Shown here: positions 23,015 to 36,404 of the stretch, piece after piece
Numbering within the stretch: position 1 is the stretch's first letter
How the letters are laid out: every line of letters starts with the position of its first letter
Assembly (NCBI GenBank): GCA_951406725.2
Contig: OX597817.1
Span: 33,914,001 to 33,978,000, forward strand
DNA from: Octopus vulgaris
Lineage: Eukaryota
DNA length: 64,000 nt
Direction of reading: 5' to 3'
Notes under the pieces: model-generated
Databases searched by the model: none
Seen by the model: the letters and a program-made list of their open reading frames with translations, nothing else
Told to the model about the DNA's origin: nothing
Translations under genes and position numbers: made by a program

Positions 23015-24588
23015 CGAGGTCTGATCAATAAGTATCAGGACTGTTGCCATAGTAATGAAGCTAAAGCACACAGAGTAAAGCCACTTGGCAAAAATTTACC
23101 TTGAACTCTGCTGTGCATGTGCACTAAGTTTTAACGTTCTAGCTCACTTCTGCTGTTAACAGCAGTGCTTGGAAGGAAGGTGTGTAGTGTGTGATTGTTG
23201 CATTGACTATGACAGAGACAGTTGTCATGGCAACACCTGCTCAGAGACCTGTGCAAAGTTGCAGAAAGTGTATGGAGAGGAGTGTCTGAGCCACACACAA
23301 GCATATGAGTGGTCCAGCTGTTTCCAAGATGGTCGAAAAATGTCGATATTGACGAATGTTCTAGGAGACTCACAACCAGCAGGACTGAGAAAAACATCAC
23401 AGATGTGCATATAGCTGTGAGGGGAAATTGTCGAATCCCCATCTGTGAATTATCAGAGGATGTGCAGAGTAGTTACGGTTCAGTTCAGTCCATTATCATT
23501 GAAAATTTGCGTATGAGATTCGTGTCTGCCAAGTTTGTGCCAAAACTGCTTTCAGCTGACCAAGAAGACACTCAGGTTTTAGTTGCACAAGATTTCTTTG
23601 ATTGTGTCAAGAAAGATGAAAACTTTTTAAAAACTTTGCATTGGCAAAAGACTTTGGCAAAATTTGATGCAGATTCTCTGTACAACTTTCTGTCATGGTC
23701 AATGTGATGATCACACACTACACACCTTCCTTCCAAGCACTGCTGTAAACAGCAGAAGTGAGCTAGAACATTAAAACTACATGCACATACATGGCAGAGT
23801 TCAAGGTCAAGTGCATGTGCACTAAGTTTTAACGTTCTAGCTCACTTCCGCTGTTAACAGCAGTGCTTGGAAGGAAGGTGTGTAGTGTGTGATTGTTGCA
23901 TTGACTATGACAGAGACAGTTGTCATGGCAACACCTGCTCAGAGACCTGTGCAAAGTTGCAGAAAGTGTATGGAGAGGAGTGTCTGAGCCACACACAAGC
24001 ATATGAGTGGTCCAGCTGTTTCCAAGATGGTCGAAAAATGTCGATATTGACGAATGTTCTAGGAGACTCACAACCAGCAGGACTGAGAAAAACATCACAG
24101 ATGTGCATATAGCTGTGAGGGGAAATTGTCGAATCCCCATCTGTGAATTATCAGAGGATGTGCAGATTAGTTACGGTTCAGTTCAGTCCATTATCATTGA
24201 AGATTTGCGTATGAGATTCGTGTCTGCCAAGTTTGTGCCAAAACTGCTTTCAGCTGACCAAGAAGACACTCAGGTTTTAGTTGCACAAGATTTCTTTGAT
24301 TGTGTCGAGAAAGATGAAAACTTTTTTAAAACTTTGCATTGGCAAAAGACTTTGGCAAAATTTGATGCAGATTCTCTGTACAACTTTCTGTCATGGTCAA
24401 TGTGATGATCACACACTACACACCTTCCTTCCAAGCACTGCTGTAAACAGCAGAAGTGAGCTAGAACATTAAAACTACATGCACATACATGGCAGAGTTC
24501 AAGGTCAATTCGTGCTAAGCGTCTTCACTCTGTGTGATTTAGTTTTATTACTATGGCAACAGTCTGAATACTTATTGATCAGACCATG
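23015..24588 (+). mobile_element. Non-autonomous mariner element with ~190-bp TIRs and an internal 698-bp tandem duplication; two frameshifted transposase N-terminal (HTH) remnants
   Basis: TA TSDs at 23013-14 and 24589-90. TIR cgaggtctgatcaataagtat. Peptide KLQKVYGEECLS...EW...F.DG and ..SAKFVPKLLS (WVPHEL-like). No DDD domain. Confidence 0.92.
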
Positions 24589-24987
24589 TATATCTGAACC
24601 AAATGTGGACAATAGGTATGAGGCAGTACAAGCTGTCTGTGTTCATGGTGATCTCCCTGTCTTCCAGGATACAACACCAATCAATACAACTGAGATAATA
24701 TGAAATATAGTTCCGCAAGTACATGAATCCAGTCATCTCTACAAACACCATCTGTCTTGTTTCTGGATTGCTTCCCAGACAAACAGAGGTATTTGGCTCA
24801 ACATTGTCCCCTTCTCAACAATGAGAACATATGTATCGGAGTTACCTTGTATTTTACTGTATGTGTGAACCCCATAAATGCCACTGTGGAATTACTGTCT
24901 TATCGCCATAGTACACTGGCTCTCCTACCATCATAGTGTGGGATTATGATAATCTCTCTGACAACCCACAATAAACAACAAAGAATA

Positions 24988-25720
24988 TGATATGTCCTGT
25001 ATTTTGACGATGTAACTGTGTCATCTGCTTGACTGGCCCATACGGCGTACCTCGCCGACTGACCCTGCTTGCTGTGTCTGTCCACTATTTATCAGTAGTG
25101 GAATAGCCCACTTCTCACTTGGGGGTGTCCACCACAACACCTCCCCGCTTTGTGATTTTTTTCCTTTCACACAAGATTATTATATTTTTTTTTCTTGAAA
25201 ATGCCACAGGTAGTACCAGTCTACATTGTTTACCAGTAGAGCTACTAACACATAGCAACATGACTTAAATCCTTCACATGGACTTATTATTATTATTATT
25301 ATTTTTCCTTCCACACAGAATTATTTTTCTCTTCAGAATGCCACAGGTAGTACCAGGCTACATTGTTTACTGGTAGCTCTACTAACACATAGCGACCTGA
25401 CTTAAATTCCTTCACATACTGTTTTATCAGACATTTTTTCTTCAGAATCTTTTTTCAAAAGAATTTATATATTTCTCACTGTGTGCATATTATTTTTCAC
25501 TGTGTGTGTAGTTCAGTTCTGTGTTAGTCTTATCCGCTACTGTGTGCAGTTTGACTCCTCACCACCACTGATATGTCCCGCATTGTGACGACATGACTTC
25601 ATTGTCTGAGTAACTGGCCCATATGGGATACCTCGCCAACTGATCCTGCTTGCTGTGTCTGTCAACTATTTATCAGTAGTGGAACAGCCCACTTCTCATT
25701 TGGGGGTGTCTGCCACAACA
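24988..25720 (-). mobile_element. TRIM-like miniature non-autonomous LTR retroelement (733 bp)
   Basis: Direct TG...CA repeats at 24988-25139 and 25569-25720, with 5-bp TSD gaata on both sides. On the minus strand: PBS-like TGGTGGTGAGGA and PPT AAAGCGGGGAGG. Non-coding interior. Confidence 0.8.
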
Positions 25721-27088
25721 GAATACTAAACAGTGCACTTTGTATATTCAAATGTCATACAGTCCACAGGCATAAACCTATACAATGAAACAAAAATACT
25801 AAGAATGACAGATGAGCAGGCATGCAAGGAGTATGGTTTACTTTTACAGTAAGCTACAAACCTCGCAGTCCTACTACATAAAAAGAAAAATCCCCTCCAA
25901 ACACTCAGACACAGGTACAACACTCATGAACACCCATGCCGGTCGCACATAAAAGGCACCCATCACATTCTTTAATAAAGTGGTTGGCATTAGGAAGGGC
26001 ATCCAGCCATAGAAACCATGCCACAAGAGACAATTGGAGTTTGGACAGCTCCTCAGCTGACCAGCTTCTGTGAAACCATTCAACCCATGATAGCATGGAA
26101 AATGGACGCTAAATGATGATGATGATGATGAAGAACAATACTAAAACACCATCCTAAAACCGCATGTCTCCCACTCAGCCCAGACAAACATAAAAAAAAA
26201 AAGAATATAGAAATTGTTCTGGGATCAATGACCTTATTAGCTCCAAACACCACTGATAGTAAGTACAGAAAAAACTGGATACTGAAGGAAATTCAACATG
26301 TCTAGATTGTCACACTACACCCCTACACCACACCACCCCTTCGCACACTGCATGTTAAACTGTGCAGTCTGGTTCTCAGCGAGGCAGAAACATGCCATAG
26401 GATTATTTGATCAGAGCTGATCTGGAACAGCACAACAGTAAATGCTTTTCATTAAATTTCTTCATCCTTATATTTAATACATTGTTGAAGCAATGTGTGT
26501 GTATGTGTATGGCTCCTTGTCTTAGATGTATGTGTATGGCTCCTTGCATGACAGTTGTAAGTAAGTGTCACCATCGTACAAGCAGTGTCATTCATTTTCA
26601 GTCTCCCATGGAAACATGTCCAACTAAGGGGAAATGAGAAATATTACCTCACTTGGAAACTGGCGAAATTGGGAAGCAGGAAGGGGAATCCAGAAATAGA
26701 AAATCTACCTCAACAATTTTTATCTGACCCTGCAAGCAAGGACAAGTGGATCCTAAAAAATAAAAAGAAAAATGGTGATACAACAGACTTTCACATCATT
26801 TCTGTCTACCAAATTCTACTCACAAGTTATTGGCCAGTCCATAGCTACAATAGAAGAGACTTGCCCAAGGTATCAAGCAGTATGATGAAACTATAGAACC
26901 ACATAGTTGCAAAGCAAACTACTTAAACACATAGCTGTACCTTCACCTCTGTTTAACTGTAAATGATACAAAACATAAATAGGTGCATGCAAACTGTAAT
27001 TAATCCTAACATGTCTGGAGAGGAAATTGAATACCACTTCCATAAATTAAAGGCTTACAGTCAAGCAGCTAGTTTGAGTGAATAGTCT

Positions 27089-27613
27089 TTAATCTTTTAA
27101 CATTCAAATTACCCTGTCAAGAGTCATGCTTATTTTCTCACATTTTCTTTTTTTTTTTTTTTTTTTCAGCGTCCGCCCTCCATGCTAGCACGGGTTGGAC
27201 GGTTCAACTGGGGTCTGGGAAGCCAGAAGGCTGCATCAGGCCCAGTCTTATCTGGCAGTGTTTCTACGGCTGGATGCCCTTCCTAACGCCAACCACTCCG
27301 TGAGTGTAGTGGGTGCTTTTTACGTGCCACCCGCACAGGTGCCAGACAGGGCTGCCAAACGGCCACGGACAGGTGGTGCTTTTTACGTGCCACCGGCACG
27401 GGAGCCAGGCGAGGCTGGCAACAGCCACGAACGGATGGTGCTTTTTACGTGCCACTGGCATTGTTTTCAATTAATCAATTATTAGTTCATACCTTCAAAA
27501 TTTCACTGGTGTGATTATTTTTAGAATGACATTTTAGGGTAAGGGTGAGAGGCCAGATCTGGATGGTTTGAACATTTGGGTTGGATACAGTCAATTGAAT
27601 GTTAAAGGGTTAA
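27089..27613. mobile_element. piggyBac-like MITE carrying a nested RTE 3' fragment
   Basis: TTAA-tCTTTTAACATTCAA ... TTGAATGTTAAAGGG-TTAA. A related terminus occurs at ~9-35. Confidence 0.65.
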
Positions 27614-28359
27614 AAGTGTCTTATTATTAAATGTCATAAACATAAATCCTATCAGAAACTTGAAAAAAGTTGGAACTTGATATTAAAGTTAATATAGGCG
27701 TAGGAGTGGCTGTGTGGTAAGTAGCTTGCTTACCAACAACATGGTTCCGGGTTCAGTACCACTGCGTGGCACCTAGGGCAAGTGTCTTCTACTATAGCCT
27801 TGGACCGACCAAAGCCTTGTGAGTGGATTTGGTAGACGGAAACTGAAAGAAGCCTGTCATATATATGTATATGTATATATATGTATATGTGTGTGTATAC
27901 GTTTGTGTGTCTGTGTTTGTCCCCCCAACATCGCTTGGCAACCAATGCTGGTGTATTTACGTCCCCATAACTTAGCAGTTCAGCAAAAGAGACCGATTGA
28001 ATAAGTACTGGGCTTACAAAGAATAAGTCCTGAGGTCAATTTGCTCGACTAAAGGTGGTGCTCCAGCATGGCCACAGTCAAATGACTGAAACAAGTAAAA
28101 GAGTAAAAGAGAATATATTTTAATTTCTAATTAAAATTCAATTACTAAAAAGATATCTGTATATTAGCATTACTACTACATTAGAGTAGATAGCATCTAT
28201 TAATTGTTAATATTTTTTATTCCTAAGGAAAGTAAGTTATCATTAAAAGTTACCATTTTCTTCCCCTTGTCTCATTTGAAGTCTTGTATCAACCTTATGA
28301 TTGTTTGGTCTCTGCTGTACAATAGATGTATGATTCTTACAAGATATTGTTGTTTAATT

Positions 28360-28570
28360 CCATGTTAGCTCTAATTGAGCAGTCTTCTATGATGACAGGC
28401 ATTCCAATTATGGCCATCCTGTTTTATTTTGTTTTTGCTTTCTTTTGATTTTCTGTATATCTAAGACTGCATTGTCCCGTATATCCTTCTTTTCTTTCAG
28501 AGGGTAGCATGTAATTTAAGGGAATATGGTTACTATTTCTAACAGGTTGAATGATCACATAGAAACTCCT
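28360..28570 (+). repeat. Old interspersed repeat family of unknown class; related pieces at ~20150-20250, 21740-21790(-), 38235-38280(-), 62940-63100
   Basis: Shared motif gtaattt(g)aggga-atttggctgctatttcta(g)cagg...gaccacataga. Confidence 0.45.
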
Positions 28571-29422
28571 TTATTGTCTTATCCATGTGAAATTAATCAG
28601 TTCCTGCTTTGTAATAATTTTACTTTAGAACTGTTATGATATTGGAAAGGCATGAATGTTACAATTTCCTCCTAAGTTATTATGTACTAGCTGAGCCTGT
28701 GCCATAAAAAATGATGGCTAATTGTGGTATTTTATATATAAATAAGGTACAAAATAAGGTACATAATAATCACGCATACAAACATTCACATACTTCCCTT
28801 GTATATATGCACATACATACACACATATACCCAAACAGAGTTGAAATGCTGTTTGATTTTTCTTTTCAGTGTTGAACGTTCACCATCACATTTTCATTGC
28901 ACACACACATGCGGACACGCACATACACACACACTGTAATTTTAAAAAAGGGTAATAAGGATTCTTTAGAAATTTCTACTACCAGTGGCCTAGCATGTAA
29001 GAAATTAGTGGTTTGGATTTTAGCTGTTCCTTCTAGCATGCAAGGAATCCTATGATAGATACTTCTTAGGTGCTTAAATGTACACTGTATTCGTGTCCAG
29101 TCGAAAGACGCCTGTTGTTTTTTCCTGTTATTATTATTATTATTGTTTTTTGTATTACTTTTGTATTTATATTTGTGTAGCATCATCCGTTTTTTCCGTC
29201 CTTGTTTTGTATACATTCGATCCTTTTTCCAAGGAATCTAATGCTCTTAGCTTAGTTTTTCCTTGGGGCTGGCCAGATTAAAGCAATCTCAAGATTAATC
29301 AGCCAAAATTGCGAGGATGATCCAGTTCTTGACTGAAGATTAAAGGTTTCCAATGACCCGTCTGTGTTTTTTGTATCATCTATCTGGATGTTTTGCGTTC
29401 TTGTCCCGTTTTGTATTTTTTA

Positions 29423-29467
<45 letters not shown>

Positions 29468-29605
29468 AATACACACAAGTACAATAAACACCAAAAATAG
29501 ACTCCAAGGGCATAAGCCAGAGATAGTAGATAGCTTCTGTTATCTAGCTGACCAAGTTAGTAGCGGAGGTGAATGCTCTGAGACCTTAGCTGTTAGAATA
29601 TATAT

Positions 29606-29640
<35 letters not shown>

Positions 29641-31372
29641 CATGCGCATACACACTGTGTGTGTTTGTCTGTCTGTCTATCTATATGTGTCTTTGTGACT
29701 ATGTATGAATCCACTACCACTACTTGACAATGAGTGTTAGTGTCTTTATGTCCCTTATAACTTAACAGTTCGCCAAAAGAGACTAACAGAATAAGTACCA
29801 GACCTAAAACAAAATAAGTGTTGGGGGCCGATTAGTTTGGCTAAAGCCTTCAAGTCAGTGCTCCAGCATGGCCACAGTCCAATGAATGGAATTAGTAAAA
29901 GATGAAGGTAAAAAAAAAATATAAATAGATGGAATGGTCATAATGGGAGTAATCTTGATCATTGGTTTGCTTGATCAGGACTGATTTGGGATTAAACAAC
30001 AACAATTGCAAGTGAGATTGAACAAATTATCTGTTGCATCAGAATCATTATTCCAAGAAGAGTCAAAAAGTGTTGGATAGCAGTATCGGCAGAGGAATGG
30101 ACACATACAAAACACTAGCATCATAATGTTACAACTATCTATATAATGATGCACAAAGGCCAAATGTGTTATGCTGTCATGAGGCTAGCTGAAGGGAGAG
30201 ACAAAGAGAGAGTGGCGGGAGAGAGAGAGAGAAGTGTTAACGACTTGAGGTAGGCGGAAAGATAATAGTTATTCTGCTAAGATGTTGTCAAGTAGTTAGT
30301 TCAAAAGAAAAACAAAACATAGCAGGGAGAGAGAGAGAGAGACAGTGTGTTAGCACTGAGAAGTGAGAGAAAGGTATTGCTGTTACATTGTGTTGTTAGT
30401 TAGTTGAAGAAAAAGGTTGCAAGTTGAAAGAGAGAGATATAAACATGTTAAGTGCAAGAACATGTGGTATAGTTGCAGCGAGAGGTAAAGAGAAGATAGG
30501 GGTGGGAGTGAGGGAGTGACTGTTGACTGAAAGGAACATGGGAGTGGAAAACAGTTACATGATTTTAAAAGTTGCATAATGGAATATTGTGAAAGACAGC
30601 AAAAATAAAGTTTATTTGTTATTATAGTTTTTAAGGATGAATCATTTCTATATCTTTAATGTGTCAATGTATCTATATGGATAGATAGATTCATTGAAGA
30701 ATAGAAGATATAAAGATGGACAGATAAATAAGTAGGTTGTTAGATAGATAGACAGAGAGGTAGGTGGGTAGGTAGGGAGTTATGCAGGTAAATTGACAGA
30801 TAGATAGATAGATTTATTGATTGATTGATTGATTGCCCTTTCAATGTTGCCCATGGGGATTTTTACATCTTCTCAAGAATTAAATGTTTCCTAAAAGTAC
30901 GCAATTTCATCATACAATTTTCAAAATAATCATGGAATTTCCACAGGAACTGCTAGTCTATATTATTAGCTTAACACTTTGCCTGTCCAAAGCATTTTCA
31001 TAAGGTTGTTGTGATACCCGTGCCGGTGGCACGTAAAAGACACTATCCGAATGTGGCCGATGCCAGCACTGCCTTGACTGGCATCTGTGCTGGTGGCATG
31101 TAAAAAGCACTAACCGATCATGGCCATTGCCAGCCTCCTTTAGCCCCTGTGCCGGTGGCATGTAAAAAGTACCCACTACACTCACGGAGTGGTTGGCATT
31201 AGGAAAGGCATCCAGCTGTAGAAACACTGCCAGATCAGACTGGAGCCTGGTGCAGCCTCCTGGCTTCCCAGACCCCGGTCGAACTGTCTAACCCATGCTA
31301 GCATGGAAATTGGATGTTAAACGATGATGATGATGTTGTCCTAAACGTTCATGCTTGTTTTCAGGTTTTTAG

Positions 31373-31529
31373 TTAACCCTTGTTTCATACGTTCTGACTA
31401 ATATAAAGCTTTCCCAAGTTACTCTAGTGGTTGAAAAAAATTGATACTGTGTATCATATATGATATATGGATGCCAGAGAAATATGTTCTGTGTATCACA
31501 TATGATACAAAGGACAGGCAGAGGGTTAA
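31373..31529. mobile_element. piggyBac-like MITE
   Basis: TTAA-CCCT ... AGGG-TTAA, with internal palindromic tgtatcatatatgata repeats. Confidence 0.7.
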
Positions 31530-31565
31530 TTCCCAACAATGTGTAATATTATGCTTTTTATTCTT

Positions 31566-32791
31566 GTAGGTAGAAACTCCATAAGATGTACCCACTGTAA
31601 GCTATGGACTCATAAAAGGTGCAGCAACATCAGAGGATGGTTAACAGGGAAAATAGTTTTTGTGTATGGAAGGTGTACAGGTAGAATACACACTAAAAAT
31701 GTACAGAAAATAAACACCATCATATGACAGGGGAAAAAACTAGAAGTAGTTGATAGCTTCTACTACCAAGGTGACTGAGTCAGTTGCAGGGGTGTATGCA
31801 TACATCCCTGCTTAGGTGCAAGAATAAGAATAGGCTGGGTAAAGTTCAGATAGCTCCTACTTCTGTTGGAAACAAAGGGCCTCTCTCTCAGAGTGAAAGG
31901 CAGATTGCATGATACCTGTGTGCAAACAGCCATGCTACACAACAGTAAAACATGGGCTGTGACCACCAAGGACAAGTGTAGGCTTGACAGAAATGAAGCT
32001 AATATGCTTCACTGAATGTGCATGCATGACAAAGTGCAAGCATCTTAAAAGAAAAGTTGGACATAAAAGGCATCAGATGTGGCATGCAAGTGAGACAAAT
32101 GTGCTGGTATGATCATGTGATGTGTATGGACAAGGACAGCTGTGTGAAGAAGTGCCTATCTCTAACAGTGGAGGGAACCTGTGAAAGAGGTAGACCCAGG
32201 AAGAATGGGAAAAGGTGGTGAAGCATGATCTTCGAATGTTGGGTCTCACAGAGGTAATGACAAGTGCCTGAGACCTTTAGCGATATGCCATGCTTGAGAA
32301 AACCTGTCAACCCAAGTGAAATAGTTGTCATGACTGATGCCAGTGTTGTGTAACAGGTACGCAAAAGAAAAAAAGCACTCTTCAAATGTTGGGCCATATA
32401 TCATGTTTGAGAAGACCCATCAAGCTAAATGAAAATCATAGTTGTGGCTGATGCCAGTGTTACATAACTGGCATGTAAAAAGCACTGCTCGAACATTGGG
32501 CCTCACAGAGGCAGTGACGAGGGTCTGAAAGCTTTGGCAATATATTGTGTTTTAGAAGACCTGTCAAGCAAAGTAAGATCATAGTCATGACTGATGCTGG
32601 TGTTATGTAACTGGTACCCATACCAGTGACATTTAAAAAGCACCCAGTACACTCTCAAAGTTGTTGGCATTAGGAAGGACATCCAGCCATAGAAACCATG
32701 CCAAATCAAATTGGAGCCTAGGGCAACTCCCCAGCTTACCACCTTTCAGTCAAACCGTCCAGCCCATGCCAGTACGGAAAATGGACGTTAA
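31566..32791 (+). mobile_element. RTE-clade LINE remnant including a PHD-like zinc finger and the ORF2 C-terminus
   Basis: GRNSIRCTHCKLWTHKRCS, then LEVVDSF..GD, RIRIGWVKFR, KGLSLRVKGRL and RGRPRK remnants with stops and frameshifts, followed by the RTE 3' UTR. Confidence 0.85.
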
Positions 32792-32830
32792 GGGAGGAGG
32801 AGGATCTTTTCTTTATATCAAAATGAAGTT

Positions 32831-33271
32831 GGATCTTTTCGGTTTGAACGGCAGTTTTTCTAGCGGTGTCATATGAAATTGTCACCCATAATTATGACCC
32901 TAGTATGACCCTAGTATGACCCTATTGCATTTCAATCTGTTTTAGGGTTAGGGTTAGGGTTAGGGGTGGGGGAAGGGTATTTTTTTTTCTTCACAAATAT
33001 AAATAAACCCAATCTGTTTCTTAAACGAGGGACATATTCATTCAGGACAGAATGTTTTTTTTTTATCTCAATGGACGTCATTGATTGGTTGAAATTGCAG
33101 AAATTGAAGAAAAAAAAAACCCCAACAAATATCTTACAAACTATAGAATTTTCTCAATAAAGCCAAGAGAAAAAGATGTTTTATAAACACATTCTACCAG
33201 TATGCGAAGTTTAAAATTTTTTAGTTACCTAGAAATTATGTTAAAAACTGCCGTTCAAACCGAAAAGATCC
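32831..33271 (+). mobile_element. (TTAGGG)n-bearing Merlin-like MITE, copy 2
   Basis: Same TIRs and body as 10819-11232, with an internal triplicated atgacccta(gt). No clear TSD. Confidence 0.85.
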
Positions 33272-33986
33272 AATATCTTTACTCTCAGAACACCATTATT
33301 TCTCGTAGGCTTTCTGATAGCCCTTTCATTAAAATACGTTAAAAATTAGCTTAAGATGTCATTAGTTCCAGAAGTCATTGATAATATTTTTTCTCACCGC
33401 CTAATCATTTCTAGTCAACTATTTAATGCTAAGAGCACGAGATAATTAAACATTATAAACCATTCATGTATATTGCTTCTTTTTCTGTTTTAAATTTATC
33501 TATCTATTTATTTATTTTATTTTAATCTTGTCACTGCATAATTGTTTCTCTAAAATTTAAGTTGACTTTAGTTAGTGGCAGAAACAATAGCCAACGCTGT
33601 TGTCTCCCTTACATCTGAACTTTTACGCTTGAGAACGCGTGTGTTACAAACTGTTAGAAGGCATGGGAGCTCATCGGCCGATGTATCTCAAGGGAAGCCA
33701 CTGTGTAATTATTCATGAGTATGCATAACTATACATCGTATATACCCCTCAATATTTTGAAAATAATGGTTATAATTAGAGTAAAAGTTTATAATTAATT
33801 ATTATTACTTTCTGAAGGCTGTGAGCTAACAGAATCGTTCAGGTATCGGACAAAATGCTCGGTGGTATTCTTTCAAGTTCTTTACGTTCTGAGTTCAAAT
33901 TCCACCGAGGTCGACTTTGCTTTCATCTTTTCAGGGGTCAAAAAATTGAGTACCAGTTGAACATTGGAGTCAATGCAATCAACTTA

Positions 33987-34401
33987 GGATCTTTTCGGTT
34001 TGAACGGCAGTTTTTTTCTAGCGGTGTCATATGAAATTGCCCCCTATAATTATGACCCTAGTATCGATCTATTGTATTTCAATCTGTTTTAGAGTTAGGG
34101 TTGGGGTTGGGGGTATCTTTTTTTCTTCACAAATGTAAATAAACCCAATCTGTTTCTTAAACGAGGGACATATTCATACGGCACAGAATGTTTTTTTTTA
34201 CCTCAGTGGACGTCAGTGATTGGTTGAAATTGCAGAAATTGAAGAAAAAAAACAACAAATTTCTTACAAACCATAGAATTTTCTCAATAAAACCAAGAGA
34301 AAAAGATGTTTTATAAACACATTCTACCAGTATACGAAGTTTAGAATTTTTTAGTTACCTAGAAATTATGTTAAAAACTGCCGTTCAAACCGAAAAGATC
34401 C
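33987..34401 (+). mobile_element. (TTAGGG)n-bearing Merlin-like MITE, copy 3, inserted in a SINE
   Basis: Perfect 8-bp TSD tcaactta (33979-33986, 34402-34409). Confidence 0.9.
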
Positions 34402-34710
34402 TCAACTTATCCTCTCCCCTAAAATTACTGGCCTTGTGCTGAAATTTGAAATTATTATTATTTACTTTCTGTGTTTAAATTCCACCGAGGTGGGTTTACA
34501 TTCTGAGTTCAAATCCTATCCAGGTCAGCTTTACCTATCATCCCTCTGAATCAATAAGATACAGCATCAGTCAAATACTGGCGTCATTGTATCAAATTAT
34601 CCCTTTCTCTTCAAAATTGTTGGCCTGGGACATTAATTGGAAACAAATTTTGGTTCTACAAAGAAATTAACATCATTTGAAATATTCAGTTTCATATCTA
34701 AATGACAGAG

Positions 34711-35136
34711 AGATCTTTCCGGTTTGAACGGCAGTTTTTAACATAATTTCTAGGTAACTAAAAAATTTTAAACTTCATATACTGGTAGAATGTGCTTATA
34801 AAACATCTTTTTCTCTTGGCTATATTGAGAAAATTCTATGTTTTGTAAGATTTTTGTTATTTCTTTTCTTCAATTTCTGCAATTTCAACCAATCACTGAC
34901 GTCCACTGAGGTAAAAAAAAACATTCTGTGCCGTATGAATATGTCCCTCGTTTAAGAAACAGATTGGGTTTATTTACATTTGTGAAGAAAAAAAGATACC
35001 CTTCCTCCCACCCCTAACCCTAACCCTAACCCTAAAACAGATTGAAATGCAACAGATTGATACTAGGGTCATAATTATGGGTGACAATTTCATATGACAC
35101 CGCTAGAAAAATCTGCCGTTCAAACCGAAAAGATCC
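34711..35136 (-). mobile_element. (TTAGGG)n-bearing Merlin-like MITE, copy 4 (inverted)
   Basis: Reverse complement of copy 3, with (ccctaa)n at ~35012-35035. Confidence 0.88.
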
Positions 35137-35194
35137 ATACATTTTAATAAACATAGTTTCATTTGAGTTTGGAGTCAAAACTTAAATTCTACCC

Positions 35195-36400
35195 TGTTAA
35201 TCAAAAAATTACCTTTGTTAATCGTTAATCTGTTGACCAAAAAGGCGACTTCGTTAGTCGTTACTCCATTAATTCTTTGAAAACGTAACAGAAATTAATG
35301 TTAATCCATTAATGTTAACTTTCATTGGAAAAAGACATAACTGCAGTTTAATACCCCACGGAATTTGTTGCCTCATAACTTCCAGAAAAACGGATATCTT
35401 TTAACAAAACATTCACCAAATAATCACTTATATCCTGTAGATTAAGTGTATGCAAAGATATGTTGAAAGACAATTTTCTGGGGGGTTTGGGGAGAGGAGT
35501 TTTGGAAAATTCACACGACCCGACATTTTCCTCCTCATAACTTTCCGGAAAATAGATATTTTTTAATGAAATTTTATACAAATACCTTTCAAACAGTGTA
35601 GATTACGATTACAAAGAAATTTGTGGGCAAAATGTTTGGAAGTGGGTAGGAGGAGTTTCTAGAAAACGGAGTTTCGGATCAGACAGCCCACATAAGTTGG
35701 AATTTTTCCAATGATTTTCACTAAAGTCTTCAGAATGATGGGAGGCATCTTTTCACGTAAAAGAAAGATAAGAATTTTGAAAATTTATTTTTTCACTCCT
35801 GCCACCCCTCACCACCTCAGTCCGAAACAATTTTGGCCATTTTTTTTTCTATTATTACTTCACATTTAAAACCCATGAGAGAAACATTTTAAGTTTTAAA
35901 AAAAATGTTAATGATATTTGTGTTCACACCAAAATATTTACCAACTTTTTTCCTTCCATTTATTTTTTCCACTTTATGGAAGGCAATATTTTCTCTGTTG
36001 ACATCCACCTCATCAAGGTCAGAGATCAAATGGAAATGCATCAATCACTGTTTCCTCTTGACAGGACAAAGAAATTTCCTGTTGTCATTGCAAGCAACAA
36101 GCAGGTGGATTTGGTTTCAAATCTGAGCAGGGCCAAACGAGGTCTTACAAGTTAGTTATAATAAGTGGCATTATAGTGGGGTTGAAAGAATGGCATGTAC
36201 AATATTAAATATGCTAAGACAATCTGAAAACAATAGAAACTTTTAAACATTTACCGGTTTCTATGAAATTTTGGGGTTAGCGAACTTGAGCTAATGAAAA
36301 CTAAATGTAACGGAAGTTAATTAGTCCAATAATGATTTTCAAAGTTAACTTAAAAGCTAAATCATTAACTTCGTTAATTAATGATTAACGGATTAGCAGA
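35195..36400. mobile_element. Possible non-autonomous DNA transposon remnant with GTTAA-rich subterminal repeats
   Basis: Clusters of gttaat/gttaac motifs at both ends in opposite sense. Termini not resolved. Confidence 0.3.
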
Positions 36401-36404
36401 CTTA

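Noticed and set aside
29050-29420. Second possible Penelope-type fragment with CTGAAGA (~29332)
   Set aside because: No downstream stem II-GAAA-stem III could be built, and the family could not be assigned.
31539-31727. Host PHD-finger gene exon (GRNSIRCTHCKLWTHKRCS)
   Set aside because: It is colinear with downstream RTE ORF2 remnants and the RTE 3' UTR, so it belongs to the LINE.
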